Source: Nitrospira sp. (GTDB lineage Bacteria > Nitrospirota > Nitrospiria > Nitrospirales > Nitrospiraceae). From it: a DNA stretch of 64,000 nt. Each line of letters opens with the position of its first letter. Position 1 is the first letter of the stretch. The translations under genes were made by a program, and so were the position numbers. Location of the stretch: the NCBI GenBank assembly GCA_047150005.1, contig AP038806.1:1792001-1856000 (forward strand), in the 5' to 3' direction. The notes under the pieces are model-generated. The model was not told where the DNA came from. It made no database searches and was given only the letters and a program-made list of their open reading frames with translations. Below are positions 48,249 to 59,073 of the stretch, in pieces.

Positions 48249-49760
48249 ATGGCATCGCTCATTCAGATCTCCGGCGCAGGGAAGAGACCCCACCTCGCGG
48301 GAGCCAGGTCAAGAGAAGGGGACGGGCACCGGTCTTCACGGAAGGTGTCGTCCGGAGCCAGTCCCCTGAAGACGACCATCGGGTTCGTGAATCTAGGCTG
48401 CTCCAAGAATCAGGTCGATTCCGAGATCATGCTCGGGACGCTCGTTCACGACGGGTTTGAGCTGACCACCGATCCGAAGAAGGCGGAGGTGGTCATCATC
48501 AACACCTGCGGCTTTATTGAGGAGGCCAAGCAGGAATCCATCGACACCATTCTCGATCACAGCAAGCTGAAACAGACAGGGTCCTGCAAGGTCCTCATTG
48601 CCGCCGGCTGTCTGGCACAACGTTATCAAGGCGATCTCCGGAAAGAGTTGCCGGAATTGGACGGCGTGGTGGGAACGGGCGAGTTCGGACGGATCGCGGA
48701 GATCTGCCGTGATCTCCTGGCGCCGAAGAAGCGGCATCGGCGCGTATGGCTCAGCAAACCGCCCTATCTGTACGACGAGCTGGCTCCACGTCTGCGGCTC
48801 GGCGCCGGCCACAGCGCCTACGTCAAGATTGCGGAGGGCTGTAACCGCAACTGCGCGTTCTGCGCGATCCCGCTGATGAGGGGGAAACAACGCAGCCGGC
48901 CGGTGGAGTCCATCGTGGCCGAAGCGCATCGCCTGGTGTCCGAGGGTGTGAAGGAGATCAACCTGATCTCGCAGGACACCGTCAACTACGGCGTCGACCT
49001 CGGAATCCGCAACGGGCTCGTGGCACTCCTTCGGGGGTTGGTGAAGGTGAACGGTCTGCTCTGGATCAGACCGTTCTACCTCTATCCGCAACAAGTCACC
49101 GATGAGCTGCTCGACCTGTATGCCGGCGAGGAGAAGATCGCGAAATATATCGACATGCCGTTGCAGCATATCACCGATCGCATGCTGAATCGGATGCATC
49201 GGTTGGGAGATCGCGCGGCCATCGAACGGTTGGTGGAACGTATTCGACGGCGCATTCCCGGCGTGACCTTTCGAACGGCGTTCATCGTCGGGTTTCCCGG
49301 TGAAATGGAGGCCGACTTTGACGCGCTGAAGCGTTATGTGGAGCGCGCCGAGTTCGACCGGGTGGCGGCGTTCCTCTACTCCGATGAGGAAGACACTCCT
49401 GCTGTCGCCCTGGACGACAAACTCGACCGGGCGGTTATGGAAGAACGCCGCAACGAACTGCTGGCCGTCCAGGAATCCATCGCCGCTGCGAAAGGCCGGG
49501 AAAAAATCGGCACGGTGATGGAGGTGTTGGTCGACGGATCTTCAGAAGAGACGGAGCATCTGCTCCAAGGACGTCACCAAGGCTTGGCACCGGAGATCGA
49601 CGGAGTCGTGTACATCAATGACGGGCTCGCCGCGGCCGGCGACACAGTGAAGGTCGAGATCACCGATTCGGGAATCTACGATCTCGTCGGGCACATCGTC
49701 AACCATCGGCCCTCGCCGGCGCCCCGCGCACAGACTGTGCGGGAACGGGGCCGCCGTTGA
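48249..49760 (+). CDS. rimO: Ribosomal protein S12 methylthiotransferase
   Basis: LGCSKNQVDSE, NTCGFIEEA, KIAEGCNRNCAFC, APEIDG TRAM domain. Confidence 0.95.
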   Translation: MASLIQISGAGKRPHLAGARSREGDGHRSSRKVSSGASPLKTTIGFVNLGCSKNQVDSEIMLGTLVHDGFELTTDPKKAEVVIINTCGFIEEAKQESIDTILDHSKLKQTGSCKVLIAAGCLAQRYQGDLRKELPELDGVVGTGEFGRIAEICRDLLAPKKRHRRVWLSKPPYLYDELAPRLRLGAGHSAYVKIAEGCNRNCAFCAIPLMRGKQRSRPVESIVAEAHRLVSEGVKEINLISQDTVNYGVDLGIRNGLVALLRGLVKVNGLLWIRPFYLYPQQVTDELLDLYAGEEKIAKYIDMPLQHITDRMLNRMHRLGDRAAIERLVERIRRRIPGVTFRTAFIVGFPGEMEADFDALKRYVERAEFDRVAAFLYSDEEDTPAVALDDKLDRAVMEERRNELLAVQESIAAAKGREKIGTVMEVLVDGSSEETEHLLQGRHQGLAPEIDGVVYINDGLAAAGDTVKVEITDSGIYDLVGHIVNHRPSPAPRAQTVRERGRR

Positions 49761-49788
49761 CGGCGCGCCCCGTTCTCGCCGAACCCCC

Positions 49789-51294
49789 TTACACCTTTGC
49801 GCTCAGAAACAAGGCATTGCCGCGGCGATTGATGAGAATCAGAATGTTGTCGCCTTTTTTCACGGCGGAGGAGACCTTCTCAAACTCTTTCACCGACTTG
49901 ACCGGCTGACGGTTGAGTTCCCGGATCACGTCGCCCGGCATCAGCCCTGCCTTGTCCGCGCCGCTGTCCGGCTCCACGCTGGTCACCACCACCCCCTGTG
50001 CCTTGCCCTTCAGACCCAATTCTCGGGCCGTATCCCTATCCAGATCTTGCACGGCCAGGCCGGCGAAGGCATAGTCCCTCTCAACGGATTCCGCTTTGGC
50101 GACCTTCGACGTGTCGGGCTGCTCCCCGATCGTGACCGTCACCTCCCGCTCATGACCTTCGCGGACGAGTTTGAGCGTCGTCTTGGCACCGACCGGCGTC
50201 CTCGTCACCATCCGTTGCAAGGCCACGGCGTCTTCCACCGGCGAGCCCTGATAGGAGACGATCACATCGCCCTGCTTGAGACCTCCCTGGTCGGCGGGGC
50301 TGTCCTCTCTGACGTCGCTGACGAGCGCGCCCTTGGCTTCCTTCATGCCAAAGGATGCGGCGAGGTCGCCGTTCAGGTCCTGAATGCCGATGCCGAGAAA
50401 TCCGCGCACGACTTTCCCGTTCTTGATCAGGCTATCGTAAATCGGTTTGCTCATGCTGGTTGGCACCGCGAAGCCCACGCCTTGATAGCCGCCTGTCTGC
50501 GAAAAGATCGCGGTGTTGATGCCGACGAGTTCGCCTTTGGTGTTCACGAGGGCGCCGCCGGAATTTCCCGGATTGATCGCCGCGTCGGTTTGGATGAAGT
50601 CTTCGTATTGGGTGATGCCCATGCGGCCTCGGCCCAAGGCGCTGACGATGCCGAGGGTGACGGTGGAGTTGAGGCCGAAGGGATTCCCCACGGCGAGAAC
50701 ATACTCGCCGACCTGCAACTTGGAGGCATCTCCCCAAATGACGGTCGGCAGCTTCTGTGCGTCGATCTTGACGACCGCCAGGTCCGTCTTCGGATCGGTC
50801 CCGACGATCTTGCCTTTGAACTCCCGCTTGTCCGGCAGGGTCACGGTGACTTCTCGGGCTCCGTCGATCACGTGATTGTTGGTCAGAATATAGCCGTCGG
50901 CCGAGACGATGACGCCCGAGCCCTGTCCGCCTCCTCGGTGTCCGCGGGGTTCCGGCGGGGCCTGCGGCCCGCGGAATCCGCGCGGGCCGAACGGCCCGCC
51001 GAAGAACTCCTCCATTCGCTCGCGCAACTCGTCCGGGACGTTCCGGCCGTCCCCTCCCTTGTCCGTCAGGACCGTCGTGATGTTCACGACGGCGGGAGTC
51101 ACGGCTTTGGCCACGTCTGTGAATCCGGCGGCGGGAGCTGTCATGGGAGCCGCCGTCGCAACCGGCGACGCGCCCGGCGATTCCGATGCGTGGGAAGCCA
51201 TGAACGGTTGAGCGCTCAAGAGCAGGGTCGCGCCGAGCACAACGATACCGACTGCAAGACCGACTTTCCTGCCGATTCTATGAAGCGACGACAT
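49789..51294 (-). CDS. HtrA/DegP-DegQ serine protease with two PDZ domains
   Basis: ILTNNHV, DLAVV, IQTDAAINPGNSGG; AAGGAGG RBS before ATG 51294. Confidence 0.95.
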   Translation of the reverse strand: MSSLHRIGRKVGLAVGIVVLGATLLLSAQPFMASHASESPGASPVATAAPMTAPAAGFTDVAKAVTPAVVNITTVLTDKGGDGRNVPDELRERMEEFFGGPFGPRGFRGPQAPPEPRGHRGGGQGSGVIVSADGYILTNNHVIDGAREVTVTLPDKREFKGKIVGTDPKTDLAVVKIDAQKLPTVIWGDASKLQVGEYVLAVGNPFGLNSTVTLGIVSALGRGRMGITQYEDFIQTDAAINPGNSGGALVNTKGELVGINTAIFSQTGGYQGVGFAVPTSMSKPIYDSLIKNGKVVRGFLGIGIQDLNGDLAASFGMKEAKGALVSDVREDSPADQGGLKQGDVIVSYQGSPVEDAVALQRMVTRTPVGAKTTLKLVREGHEREVTVTIGEQPDTSKVAKAESVERDYAFAGLAVQDLDRDTARELGLKGKAQGVVVTSVEPDSGADKAGLMPGDVIRELNRQPVKSVKEFEKVSSAVKKGDNILILINRRGNALFLSAKV

Positions 51295-51360
51295 TGCGAC
51301 CTCCTTGCTGATAATGACCGGAAGATGTGTTGACCCGCAGACAGACAGTAACAACCGGCA

Positions 51361-51397
51361 ATGAGAAGCGGATTAGGAAGGAATTAAAAGGCGTTAA
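51361..51397 (-). promoter_or_regulatory. Putative OmpR-family tandem binding site upstream of the degP-like gene
   Basis: Minus strand TTAAC/TTAAT/CTAAT/CTCAT with 10-11-bp periodicity, followed by a TACTGT -10. Confidence 0.5.
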
Positions 51398-52785
51398 GCG
51401 AACGGCAGCAGGACGGTAAAGATCGAGCCCTTGCCGAGCTCACTCTGCACCTCGATGCGGCCGTGGTGCGATTCGGCGATCCAAGCGCAAATTGACAGGC
51501 CGAGGCCGGTGCCTTTCTTGGTGTGGGCACGGGCGTCATCGGTGCGATAGAACCGATCGAAAATGCGTTCGAGATCGGCGGGACCGATGCCGATGCCCTG
51601 GTCGGTGACGGTCACCTTGGCGAAGCCGGGAACCGTAGTCATTGTCACCTCGACCGTCCCTCCCCTTCGGGAATACTTCACCGCATTGTCCACCAGGTTC
51701 AGGAACAGTTCGCGCAGACGCAGCTCGTCGCCGCGTATGACGACGGGCGTGATCGGCCCAAGCACCACCTGAATGTCCCGCTCCTGCCCCAACAACGAGG
51801 CCTGTCGCGAGATGTCCTCAAGCAAGCCTTCGAGGTTGACCGGCAGGTGTTCCATCTTGACTTCGCCCATGTCGGCTCTGGAGAGGAACAGCAGTTCATC
51901 GACGATGCGGGTCATGCGATCGATCTCCTCCAAGTTGCTTTCCAATACGACGGTGTAGTCCGCCGCCTCGCGGGGCCGTCTCAAGGCGAGTTCTGTTTCT
52001 CCCTTCATGACGGTCAAGGGCGTTCGCAGTTCGTGGGATGCGTTGCTGCTGAATTGGCGGATCTGGCGAAAGGACGTTTCCAGTCGAGCGATCATGTTAT
52101 TGAAGGTGCCGGCCAGCCGACCGATCTCGTCGGCCGACGCGGGAACGTTCAGCCGTTGGGTGAGGTCTCCTGCGGCAATCCGCTGAGCGGCCAACGTGAT
52201 GGCGTCGACCGGACGAAGCGCCCGCCCGGCCAGGAACCAGCCGCCGGCCAGAGACACGGTCAGGGCGACAGGCGTGGTGACCAACAGCACGAGCAACAGG
52301 CGGTTGAGGGTCTGCTCGACCGATTCCATGGACGTTCCGACCTGGACGATGTAGAGCAGGTTGCCGCGATAGATGATCGGGACCGAGATCAGGCGCAGCG
52401 GGGGTTCCTTCGGATACTTGGCCGATTCAAAAATCGTCCGTCCCGAAAAAGCCACTTCCAAGGCCTCGCGACTCAAGGGCAACTCGTGTTGTTTCACGTT
52501 CGGCGAACGGATGGTGATGGTTCCGGAGGGGCTGAAGATCTGGAAGAATTTGTCGATGCGTGCCAGTTCGGGGAACTGCGACATCAACTCTTCTTCGTTG
52601 ATCAACGGAAGAAATCCGCGTTCCTCCAGCGACCGCACCGCGGCCGCCGCAGTTTCTTCCAACGATTGATCGACGGAGTCTCGAAGGTTGCGGGCGGTCA
52701 CCAGGTACAGGACGGTCGAGAAGATGATAAGCACAAGCGCCAAGGCGCTGCCATACCACAGCGTGAGGCGAAGGCGCAGCGGCAT
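51394..52785 (-). CDS. HAMP-domain sensor histidine kinase (CusS-like)
   Basis: Two TM segments, HAMP (DEIGRLA), ASHELRTPL, NLVDNAVKY, DQGIGI, GTGLGL. Confidence 0.93.
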   Translation of the reverse strand: MPLRLRLTLWYGSALALVLIIFSTVLYLVTARNLRDSVDQSLEETAAAAVRSLEERGFLPLINEEELMSQFPELARIDKFFQIFSPSGTITIRSPNVKQHELPLSREALEVAFSGRTIFESAKYPKEPPLRLISVPIIYRGNLLYIVQVGTSMESVEQTLNRLLLVLLVTTPVALTVSLAGGWFLAGRALRPVDAITLAAQRIAAGDLTQRLNVPASADEIGRLAGTFNNMIARLETSFRQIRQFSSNASHELRTPLTVMKGETELALRRPREAADYTVVLESNLEEIDRMTRIVDELLFLSRADMGEVKMEHLPVNLEGLLEDISRQASLLGQERDIQVVLGPITPVVIRGDELRLRELFLNLVDNAVKYSRRGGTVEVTMTTVPGFAKVTVTDQGIGIGPADLERIFDRFYRTDDARAHTKKGTGLGLSICAWIAESHHGRIEVQSELGKGSIFTVLLPFA

Positions 52786-52859
52786 CAACAGACTCCTAGG
52801 CTCAGATGGAGGTGGAGGCTCTCCCTGCCAAAGTGCCGGAAACCCCTGTGAGCATCCTG

Positions 52860-53531
52860 CTAGTCCGCCTTCAGCATGTACCCGCTGCCTCGGATGGTAT
52901 GGATGAGTTTTCTCGCACGTCCCCGGTCGATCTTGTTGCGCAAATAATTCACATAGACGTCGATGACGTTGGTGAAGGTATCGAAGTCTTGATTCCACAC
53001 GTGCTCGGAAATCATGGGACGGGTGAGGACCCGGCCGCTGTGCCGCATGAGATACTCGAGCAGCGCATATTCCTTCAAGGTCAAGTCAATGCGTTGTCCC
53101 CCTCTGGTGACTTCACGCGTCGCCGGGTTCAGGAGCAGGTCGTCGACCTGCAATACTCCGGGGCTATCCGTGGCGCCTCGCCGAAGCAGCGCGCGGATTC
53201 TCGCGAGCAGTTCATCGATGGCAAAGGGCTTGGTCAGGTAGTCGTCGGCTCCGGCATCGAGCCCTTGCACGCGTTGATCGACTTGGGATTGTGCGGTCAG
53301 AATGAGGATGGGCGTCTGGATCCGTTCGCGGCGGACGGCCCTCAGAATGTCCAGTCCGGACAGCGAGGGGAGCATCAGGTCGACAACGATGGTGTCATAG
53401 CTGGTCGCCAGCGCCATTTCGAGCCCCTTGGCGCCGTCCTCGCACAGATCGACCGCATAACTCTCCTCTTCGAGCGCGCGCTTGATAAAGCAGCCGACCT
53501 TGGTTTCGTCTTCGATCACTAAGATACGCAT
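52860..53531 (-). CDS. OmpR-family response regulator (CusR-like)
   Basis: ILVIEDE, DLMLP, GADDYLTKPF, DVYVNYLRNKID, TIRGSGY. Confidence 0.95.
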   Translation of the reverse strand: MRILVIEDETKVGCFIKRALEEESYAVDLCEDGAKGLEMALATSYDTIVVDLMLPSLSGLDILRAVRRERIQTPILILTAQSQVDQRVQGLDAGADDYLTKPFAIDELLARIRALLRRGATDSPGVLQVDDLLLNPATREVTRGGQRIDLTLKEYALLEYLMRHSGRVLTRPMISEHVWNQDFDTFTNVIDVYVNYLRNKIDRGRARKLIHTIRGSGYMLKAD

Positions 53532-53686
53532 GCCTGGTGAGTGTGGATTATATCAAAACCCCCGGCCCCCGATCTCCAGGCGCGGAACGGTCGTTACAGA
53601 ACACTTGGAGAAGCAGGGGGCACCATGATAACCTCATTCCGTGCGTCTGAACCGCGACGAGTCTCTCGGAAGGGCGAATCACGTCC

Positions 53687-56569
53687 ATGTCTGAACCGGA
53701 ATTCTTGAAATCGACCGATACGTTTATCCGCCGGCATCTCGGCCCGACGGAAGCCGATATTCGGGAAATGCTCGCGCTGCTCGGCCATCAATCGCTCCGC
53801 ACCCTCGGTGAGTGCATCGTCCCGGGCGATATTCAACTCAATCGTGGGCTGGACTTGCCGTCGAATCGGGGCGAGCGGGCGACCCTTCAGGATCTGCAAG
53901 ATCTGGCGGTGGAAAACCGAGTGTACCGGTCGTTGATCGGGATGGGGTACTACGATTGCGTGACGCCCGGCGTCATCCAGCGAAATATTTTGGAGAATCC
54001 CGGGTGGTATACGCAATACACGCCGTATCAGGCCGAGATCGCACAGGGACGGCTGGAGGCGCTGGTCAATTTTCAGACCATGGTCGCCGATCTGACCGCT
54101 CTGCCGTTGGCCAATGCGTCTTTGCTGGACGAGGCGACGGCGGCAGCCGAAGCGATGTCGATGTGCATGGCCGTCGCGCGGAGCGCCGGGCAGGAGCGCA
54201 AGGGGTTCTTTGTCTCGCAGGACTGCCATCCTCAAACGATCGCCGTCTTGCAGACCAGGGCCGAACCGTCGGGAATCGCGCTTCACGTGGGACGGACCGG
54301 CGCCATCGAGTTCGCGAAGGAAACGTTCGCCGGCATTCTGCTGCAATATCCCGCCACCGACGGGTATGTCGGAGACTATAGCGACGTTGTGACTCGGGCG
54401 CATGAGGCGGGCATGTTGGTGGTGGTCGCCACGGATCTCCTGGCCCTCTCGTTGCTGCGGCCGCCCGGAGAATTCGGGGCGGACATTGCTGTGGGGTCCT
54501 GCCAACGATTCGGCGTGCCGCTCGGATTCGGCGGACCTCATGCGGCCTTTCTATCGACCAAGGAGGAATACAAACGGCAAATGCCGGGTCGTATCGTGGG
54601 AGTGTCCAAGGATCGAGCCGGACATGTGGCCTATCGGTTGGCGCTGCAGACACGGGAGCAACACATTCGGCGGGAGAAGGCGACCAGCAACATCTGCACC
54701 GCTCAGGTGCTCCTGGCCATCATGGCGGGCATATATGCGGTCTACCACGGTCCGGAGGGAGTGCGTCGCATCGCCGAACGCGTTCATGGTCTGGCGGTGA
54801 CGTTGGCCGCCGGGCTACGGCGATTGGATTTCGAGGTCGACACCGAGGTCTTCTTCGATACGCTCCGGGTACGAACGACGAAAGCGCAGGCAGATCAGGT
54901 GGTGTTTCGAGCCGATGAACAACGCATCAACTTGCGGCGGTACGACGATGACTCCCTCGGGATGTCGCTGGATGAAATGAGCACAGAGGACGAAGTCCGC
55001 CGCCTCATCGAGATTTTTGCGGGACATGAGCGGCTGCCGTTTACCGTCTCGGACCTGGCGGGACGTGTGGTGACGTCGTTTCCGCCCAACCTGGCTCGTA
55101 CGACCCCCTATCTGACCCATGAAGTATTCAACCGATACCATGCCGAACATGAGATGCTGCGCTATCTGCACCGGTTGCAATCTCGGGATCTGTCGCTGAC
55201 CCATTCCATGATCCCCCTGGGATCCTGCACGATGAAACTCAACGCTACGACGGAGATGCTGCCGGTGACGTGGCCTGAATTCTCCCGCATGCACCCGTTC
55301 GCCCCGACCGAGCAGTCGAAAGGATATCAGGAACTCTTCCGCCAATTGGAGGGGTGGCTGGCCGAAATCACGGGGTTCTCCGCGGTGTCGCTGCAGCCGA
55401 ACGCCGGTTCGCAAGGAGAATATGCCGGTCTGATGGTGATCAGAGCCTACCATCGAAGCCTGGGAGAATTTCATCGCGACGTGTGTCTGATCCCGGTCTC
55501 CGCGCACGGAACGAATCCAGCCAGCGCGGCCATGGTGGGTTTCACGGTGGTACCGGTCGCGTGCGACAAGCAGGGGAACGTCGATCTGACGGATCTGGAG
55601 GCGAAGGCGGTCCAGCATCGCGAGCGGTTGGCGGCGCTGATGCTGACGTATCCGTCCACCCACGGAGTGTTCGAGCCGGGGGTGCGTCGCATCTGCCAAA
55701 TCGTCCACACGCACGGCGGCCAGGTGTACATGGACGGGGCCAACATGAACGCGCAGGTGGGGCTCTGCCGGCCCGGCGACATCGGCGCAGACGTCTGCCA
55801 TCTCAATCTGCATAAGACCTTTTGCATCCCCCATGGCGGCGGCGGACCCGGCATGGGGCCCATCGGCGTGGCGCGGCATCTCACGCCGTTTTTGCCGGGG
55901 CACCCGGTCACGAAGTTGGGTGGTCCTCAATCGATGGGTCCCGTCTCTGCTGCTCCGTACGGGAGTCCCAGCATTTTGACGATCTCCTGGACCTATATCG
56001 CCTTGATGGGACGCGACGGTCTGACCAAAGCCACGCAGGTCGCGATGTTGAACGCCAACTACATGGCGAAGCGGCTGGAGAAGTATTATCCGATTCTCTA
56101 CACCGGCACTTCGGGATTGGTGGCACATGAGTTCATTCTGGACCTTCGCCAGTTCAAGGACAGCGCCGGGGTCGAGGCGATGGACGTGGCCAAGCGTTTG
56201 ATGGATTACGGGTTCCACGCGCCGACGGTGTCCTTTCCCGTGGCCGGTACCTTGATGATCGAGCCGACGGAGAGCGAATCGAAAGCCGAGCTCGATCGGT
56301 TTTGCGATGCGATGATCCTCATTCGCGCGGAGATTCAAGACATCATCGATGGTCGCCAGCCCCGTGCGGACAACCTCCTCAAGAATGCCCCGCACACGGC
56401 GTCGGTAGTCACGGCATCCACATGGGATCGTCCCTACAGCCGAGAGCAGGCGGCCTATCCCGCTCCGTGGGTTCGGGACCGGAAGTTCTGGCCGTACGTG
56501 GGCCGGATCGACGAGGCCTACGGGGACCGCCATCTCATCTGTACCTGCCCTCCGATGGATCAATACTGA
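53687..56569 (+). CDS. gcvP: Glycine dehydrogenase (glycine cleavage P protein, single chain)
   Basis: [52 protein letters not shown]. Confidence 0.98.
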   Translation: MSEPEFLKSTDTFIRRHLGPTEADIREMLALLGHQSLRTLGECIVPGDIQLNRGLDLPSNRGERATLQDLQDLAVENRVYRSLIGMGYYDCVTPGVIQRNILENPGWYTQYTPYQAEIAQGRLEALVNFQTMVADLTALPLANASLLDEATAAAEAMSMCMAVARSAGQERKGFFVSQDCHPQTIAVLQTRAEPSGIALHVGRTGAIEFAKETFAGILLQYPATDGYVGDYSDVVTRAHEAGMLVVVATDLLALSLLRPPGEFGADIAVGSCQRFGVPLGFGGPHAAFLSTKEEYKRQMPGRIVGVSKDRAGHVAYRLALQTREQHIRREKATSNICTAQVLLAIMAGIYAVYHGPEGVRRIAERVHGLAVTLAAGLRRLDFEVDTEVFFDTLRVRTTKAQADQVVFRADEQRINLRRYDDDSLGMSLDEMSTEDEVRRLIEIFAGHERLPFTVSDLAGRVVTSFPPNLARTTPYLTHEVFNRYHAEHEMLRYLHRLQSRDLSLTHSMIPLGSCTMKLNATTEMLPVTWPEFSRMHPFAPTEQSKGYQELFRQLEGWLAEITGFSAVSLQPNAGSQGEYAGLMVIRAYHRSLGEFHRDVCLIPVSAHGTNPASAAMVGFTVVPVACDKQGNVDLTDLEAKAVQHRERLAALMLTYPSTHGVFEPGVRRICQIVHTHGGQVYMDGANMNAQVGLCRPGDIGADVCHLNLHKTFCIPHGGGGPGMGPIGVARHLTPFLPGHPVTKLGGPQSMGPVSAAPYGSPSILTISWTYIALMGRDGLTKATQVAMLNANYMAKRLEKYYPILYTGTSGLVAHEFILDLRQFKDSAGVEAMDVAKRLMDYGFHAPTVSFPVAGTLMIEPTESESKAELDRFCDAMILIRAEIQDIIDGRQPRADNLLKNAPHTASVVTASTWDRPYSREQAAYPAPWVRDRKFWPYVGRIDEAYGDRHLICTCPPMDQY

Positions 56570-56702
56570 AGGCGGCAGTAGTCCACTCGTTGCTCCTCTC
56601 CACTTCACTGCGAAGCCCGTAGCGAGCGCCGGCTCTTGCTCGGTCTCCGGTCGTTGCAGTAGGGTGTGTCATGCAGGATCTTCTTCCGCACGGGAGGCTC
56701 TC

Positions 56703-58022
56703 ATGGCCATGATCGATCGTCGACGCTTCCTGATCCGAACCGGCCTGGCCCTCGGCTCCGCCGTCTTGGCTCGCCACGCCGCCCTTGCCGAAGCGGAAAC
56801 GGTGCAGCCGTCCGTCTCCGTCGGGTCGGACTGGCAGGGCGTGCGGGCACATTTCCCGCTTGCTCCCGGACTCATCCATCTTGCGGGATTTTTCCTCTCC
56901 TCCCATCCGTTGCCGGTGAGGCAGGCGATCGAACGCCATCGTCGAGGACTCGATGCCGATCCAATCGGGTATTGGTTTGAACACGAGGCGAAACAGGACG
57001 CGGCGGTGCTTCAGGCGGCGGCCGGATACCTGGGCGTAGACCCGACCGAAATTGCGCTGACTGACAGTACGACGATGGGACTGGGTCTGCTGTACGGCGG
57101 GCTCAAGCTTGGCGAAGGGGATGAGATTTTAACGACCACGCACGACCATTATTCAACCGAAACCTCTTTAAACCAGCGGGCGGCTCGTACCGGAGCCAGC
57201 GTGCGCCGGATTCCGCTCTACCAGGATCTGCGGGCCGTCTCGCGAGACAGTCTGGTCGAGGCGCTTGTCCGGCATGTCCGGCCCCGCACCAGAATCGTGG
57301 CGGTCACGTGGGTGCATTCCAGCACGGGGCTCAAGCTGCCGATTGCGGAGATGGCCAGGGCGTTGGGAGCATTGAATGCCTCGCGCAGCGAAGAAAATCG
57401 GATCATCTTCTGTGTCGACGGCGTGCATGCGCTAGGCGTTGAAGATTTTCGACTCCGCGAGGTGGGATGCGACTTTTTGGTCGCCGGAACGCACAAGTGG
57501 ATGTTCGGGCCGCGAGGGACGGGGCTCGTATGGGGGCGGCAAGGCGCCTGGCCTATCGCCCAGGCCATCATTCCCACGTTCAACACGGAAGCGTACGACA
57601 TGTGGATGAATGTGATCCCGCAGAGAGCGTTGCCGCAATCCGTCTACATGACGCCGGGCGGCTTTCATTCGTTTGAGCACCGGTGGGCGCTGGACGAAGC
57701 CTTCAAGTTTCATCAGGCGCTCGGGAAGTCACGCGTGACGCAGCGGATCTACGAGCTGAACCAACAAGTGAAGCAAGGGCTTTCGACGATGTCGCACGTC
57801 ACGCTTCATACGCCCTTGTCGCAGGATTTGTCGGCTGGGATCGTCTGTTTTGAGGTGGCAGGCCTGTCGCCTCAGCAGGCGGTGAAGAGGCTGCGCGAAA
57901 AGGGAATCATTGGCAGTGTGACGCCCTATGCCACGCAGTACGTACGGCTGGCTCCGGGGCTTCTGAATCATCCGGATGAAATCGACGCGGTGCTCAAAGA
58001 AATACGTCAGCTTCGCGGGTAG
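56703..58022 (+). CDS. Tat-exported class V PLP-dependent enzyme (PvdN-like)
   Basis: DRRRFL twin-arginine signal; VDGVHALG and AGTHKWMFGPRGTG PLP-lysine motif. Confidence 0.85.
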   Translation: MAMIDRRRFLIRTGLALGSAVLARHAALAEAETVQPSVSVGSDWQGVRAHFPLAPGLIHLAGFFLSSHPLPVRQAIERHRRGLDADPIGYWFEHEAKQDAAVLQAAAGYLGVDPTEIALTDSTTMGLGLLYGGLKLGEGDEILTTTHDHYSTETSLNQRAARTGASVRRIPLYQDLRAVSRDSLVEALVRHVRPRTRIVAVTWVHSSTGLKLPIAEMARALGALNASRSEENRIIFCVDGVHALGVEDFRLREVGCDFLVAGTHKWMFGPRGTGLVWGRQGAWPIAQAIIPTFNTEAYDMWMNVIPQRALPQSVYMTPGGFHSFEHRWALDEAFKFHQALGKSRVTQRIYELNQQVKQGLSTMSHVTLHTPLSQDLSAGIVCFEVAGLSPQQAVKRLREKGIIGSVTPYATQYVRLAPGLLNHPDEIDAVLKEIRQLRG

Positions 58023-58150
58023 CGGGATAAGCCTTTGAACACCTGCGGCTTGCGTCACGCAGGTAGCTCCCCTCCTTTGGGGCATTGTGGATTGGCCCGC
58101 ATTTCGGCGATAAGAAATTACACCGAACGCCGGAAGCGAGGCCTTCAATC

Positions 58151-58375
58151 ATGTCCCAAATCCTCAACCTCAGCGAGCATACCAGCGACGACGAACTGCA
58201 GCGATTGACGACCCTGCTGCTCTTCCATCTTGTCGAATTGTGCGGAGGACAAGTGCAATTCAAGATGGAAGACGCGTTGCGGGTGAAGAGTAGTTTGACG
58301 ACCAAGATGGTGCAGATGCAGGTGGGGGATGAGGTGAGGCTGCGCATCATCGACCGCCTGCCAGAACTGCAGTAA
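58151..58375 (+). CDS. Small hypothetical protein (74 aa)
   Basis: Native-like codon usage; MSQILNLSEH...RLPELQ. Confidence 0.6.
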   Translation: MSQILNLSEHTSDDELQRLTTLLLFHLVELCGGQVQFKMEDALRVKSSLTTKMVQMQVGDEVRLRIIDRLPELQ

Positions 58376-58405
58376 CAAGTTTCTCAGATCCTAAGCGATA
58401 CTGCG

Positions 58406-58554
58406 CGGGTCCTGTCTCGGCGAACAGCCCCACCGTGCTCACTCCACCCATCCCCCAGTGGGGCCCTTCCGTTCCGCGCGCCTGGCGAACGACCGAGTCT
58501 CGGCGCGGCGAGGGTCGGGCGGGTGAGAAGTTGCCCCGTTCGCCGAGCCACCCG
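58406..58554. repeat. Long imperfect palindrome (second REP/MITE-like family)
   Basis: CTCGGCGAAC(58416)/GTTCGCCGAG(58547) and CTCACTCCACCC/GGGCGGGTGAG arms. Confidence 0.6.
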
Positions 58555-58854
58555 AGCTTCCAGCAGCCTCGTCAGCTTCTGACTTCTTTCAGCGTGGACC
58601 CTGGATGGGTTCCGGTTCCTCCGGCAAAGTCGGCATGGAAGCAGCCCGGCCGTCCGCTAACCACGCTGCTGGATGCCGTTTGAGCATTACAGTAAACTTG
58701 TGCGCCTGTGAATTGAACTGGCCATTCTTCAACGAAACAGGAAAGGATGTAATTCAGGACTGGATCAGCTCTTTTATTCTTGGGCGAAGCCCGAGGGGCG
58801 CAATGCTCGACCAAAGAAGTTTCAATTGGTTTGACATCACGGTATACTTTGCTT

Positions 58855-59073
58855 ATGTCGATCAACCTACCTCTCAATGATATGACCCTCCAAGAGAAGC
58901 TTGCGATTATGGAGTCGATCTGGGAAGATCTAGCCCGCACTCCCGAAGTCATTGAGTCCCCTGCCTGGCACAAGGATGTCCTCGATGAACGCCGCCGGCA
59001 GTTTGTCGATGGCACATCTCGATTTACCGACTGGGAAACAGCCAAAGCGGACATTCGCAAGAAGCTGTCGTGA
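58855..59073 (+). CDS. Addiction-module antitoxin (TIGR02574-like)
   Basis: MTLQEKLAIMESIWEDL..SPAWHKDVLDERR..WETAK; GTGA overlap with the toxin. Confidence 0.85.
   Translation: MSINLPLNDMTLQEKLAIMESIWEDLARTPEVIESPAWHKDVLDERRRQFVDGTSRFTDWETAKADIRKKLS

Noticed and set aside
53532..53686. Glycine riboswitch upstream of gcvP
   Set aside because: Leader is short and lacks the GGAGA..CCGAAG..CTCAGG aptamer pattern
54815..56608. Long antisense ORFs (e.g. 597 aa opposite gcvP, 474 aa opposite pepA, 461 aa at 35861)
   Set aside because: Shadow frames expected from high-GC codon bias; no recognisable motifs
58831..58848. TTGACA and TATACT as one -35/-10 pair
   Set aside because: Only 6 nt apart; only the -10 is used in the interpretation
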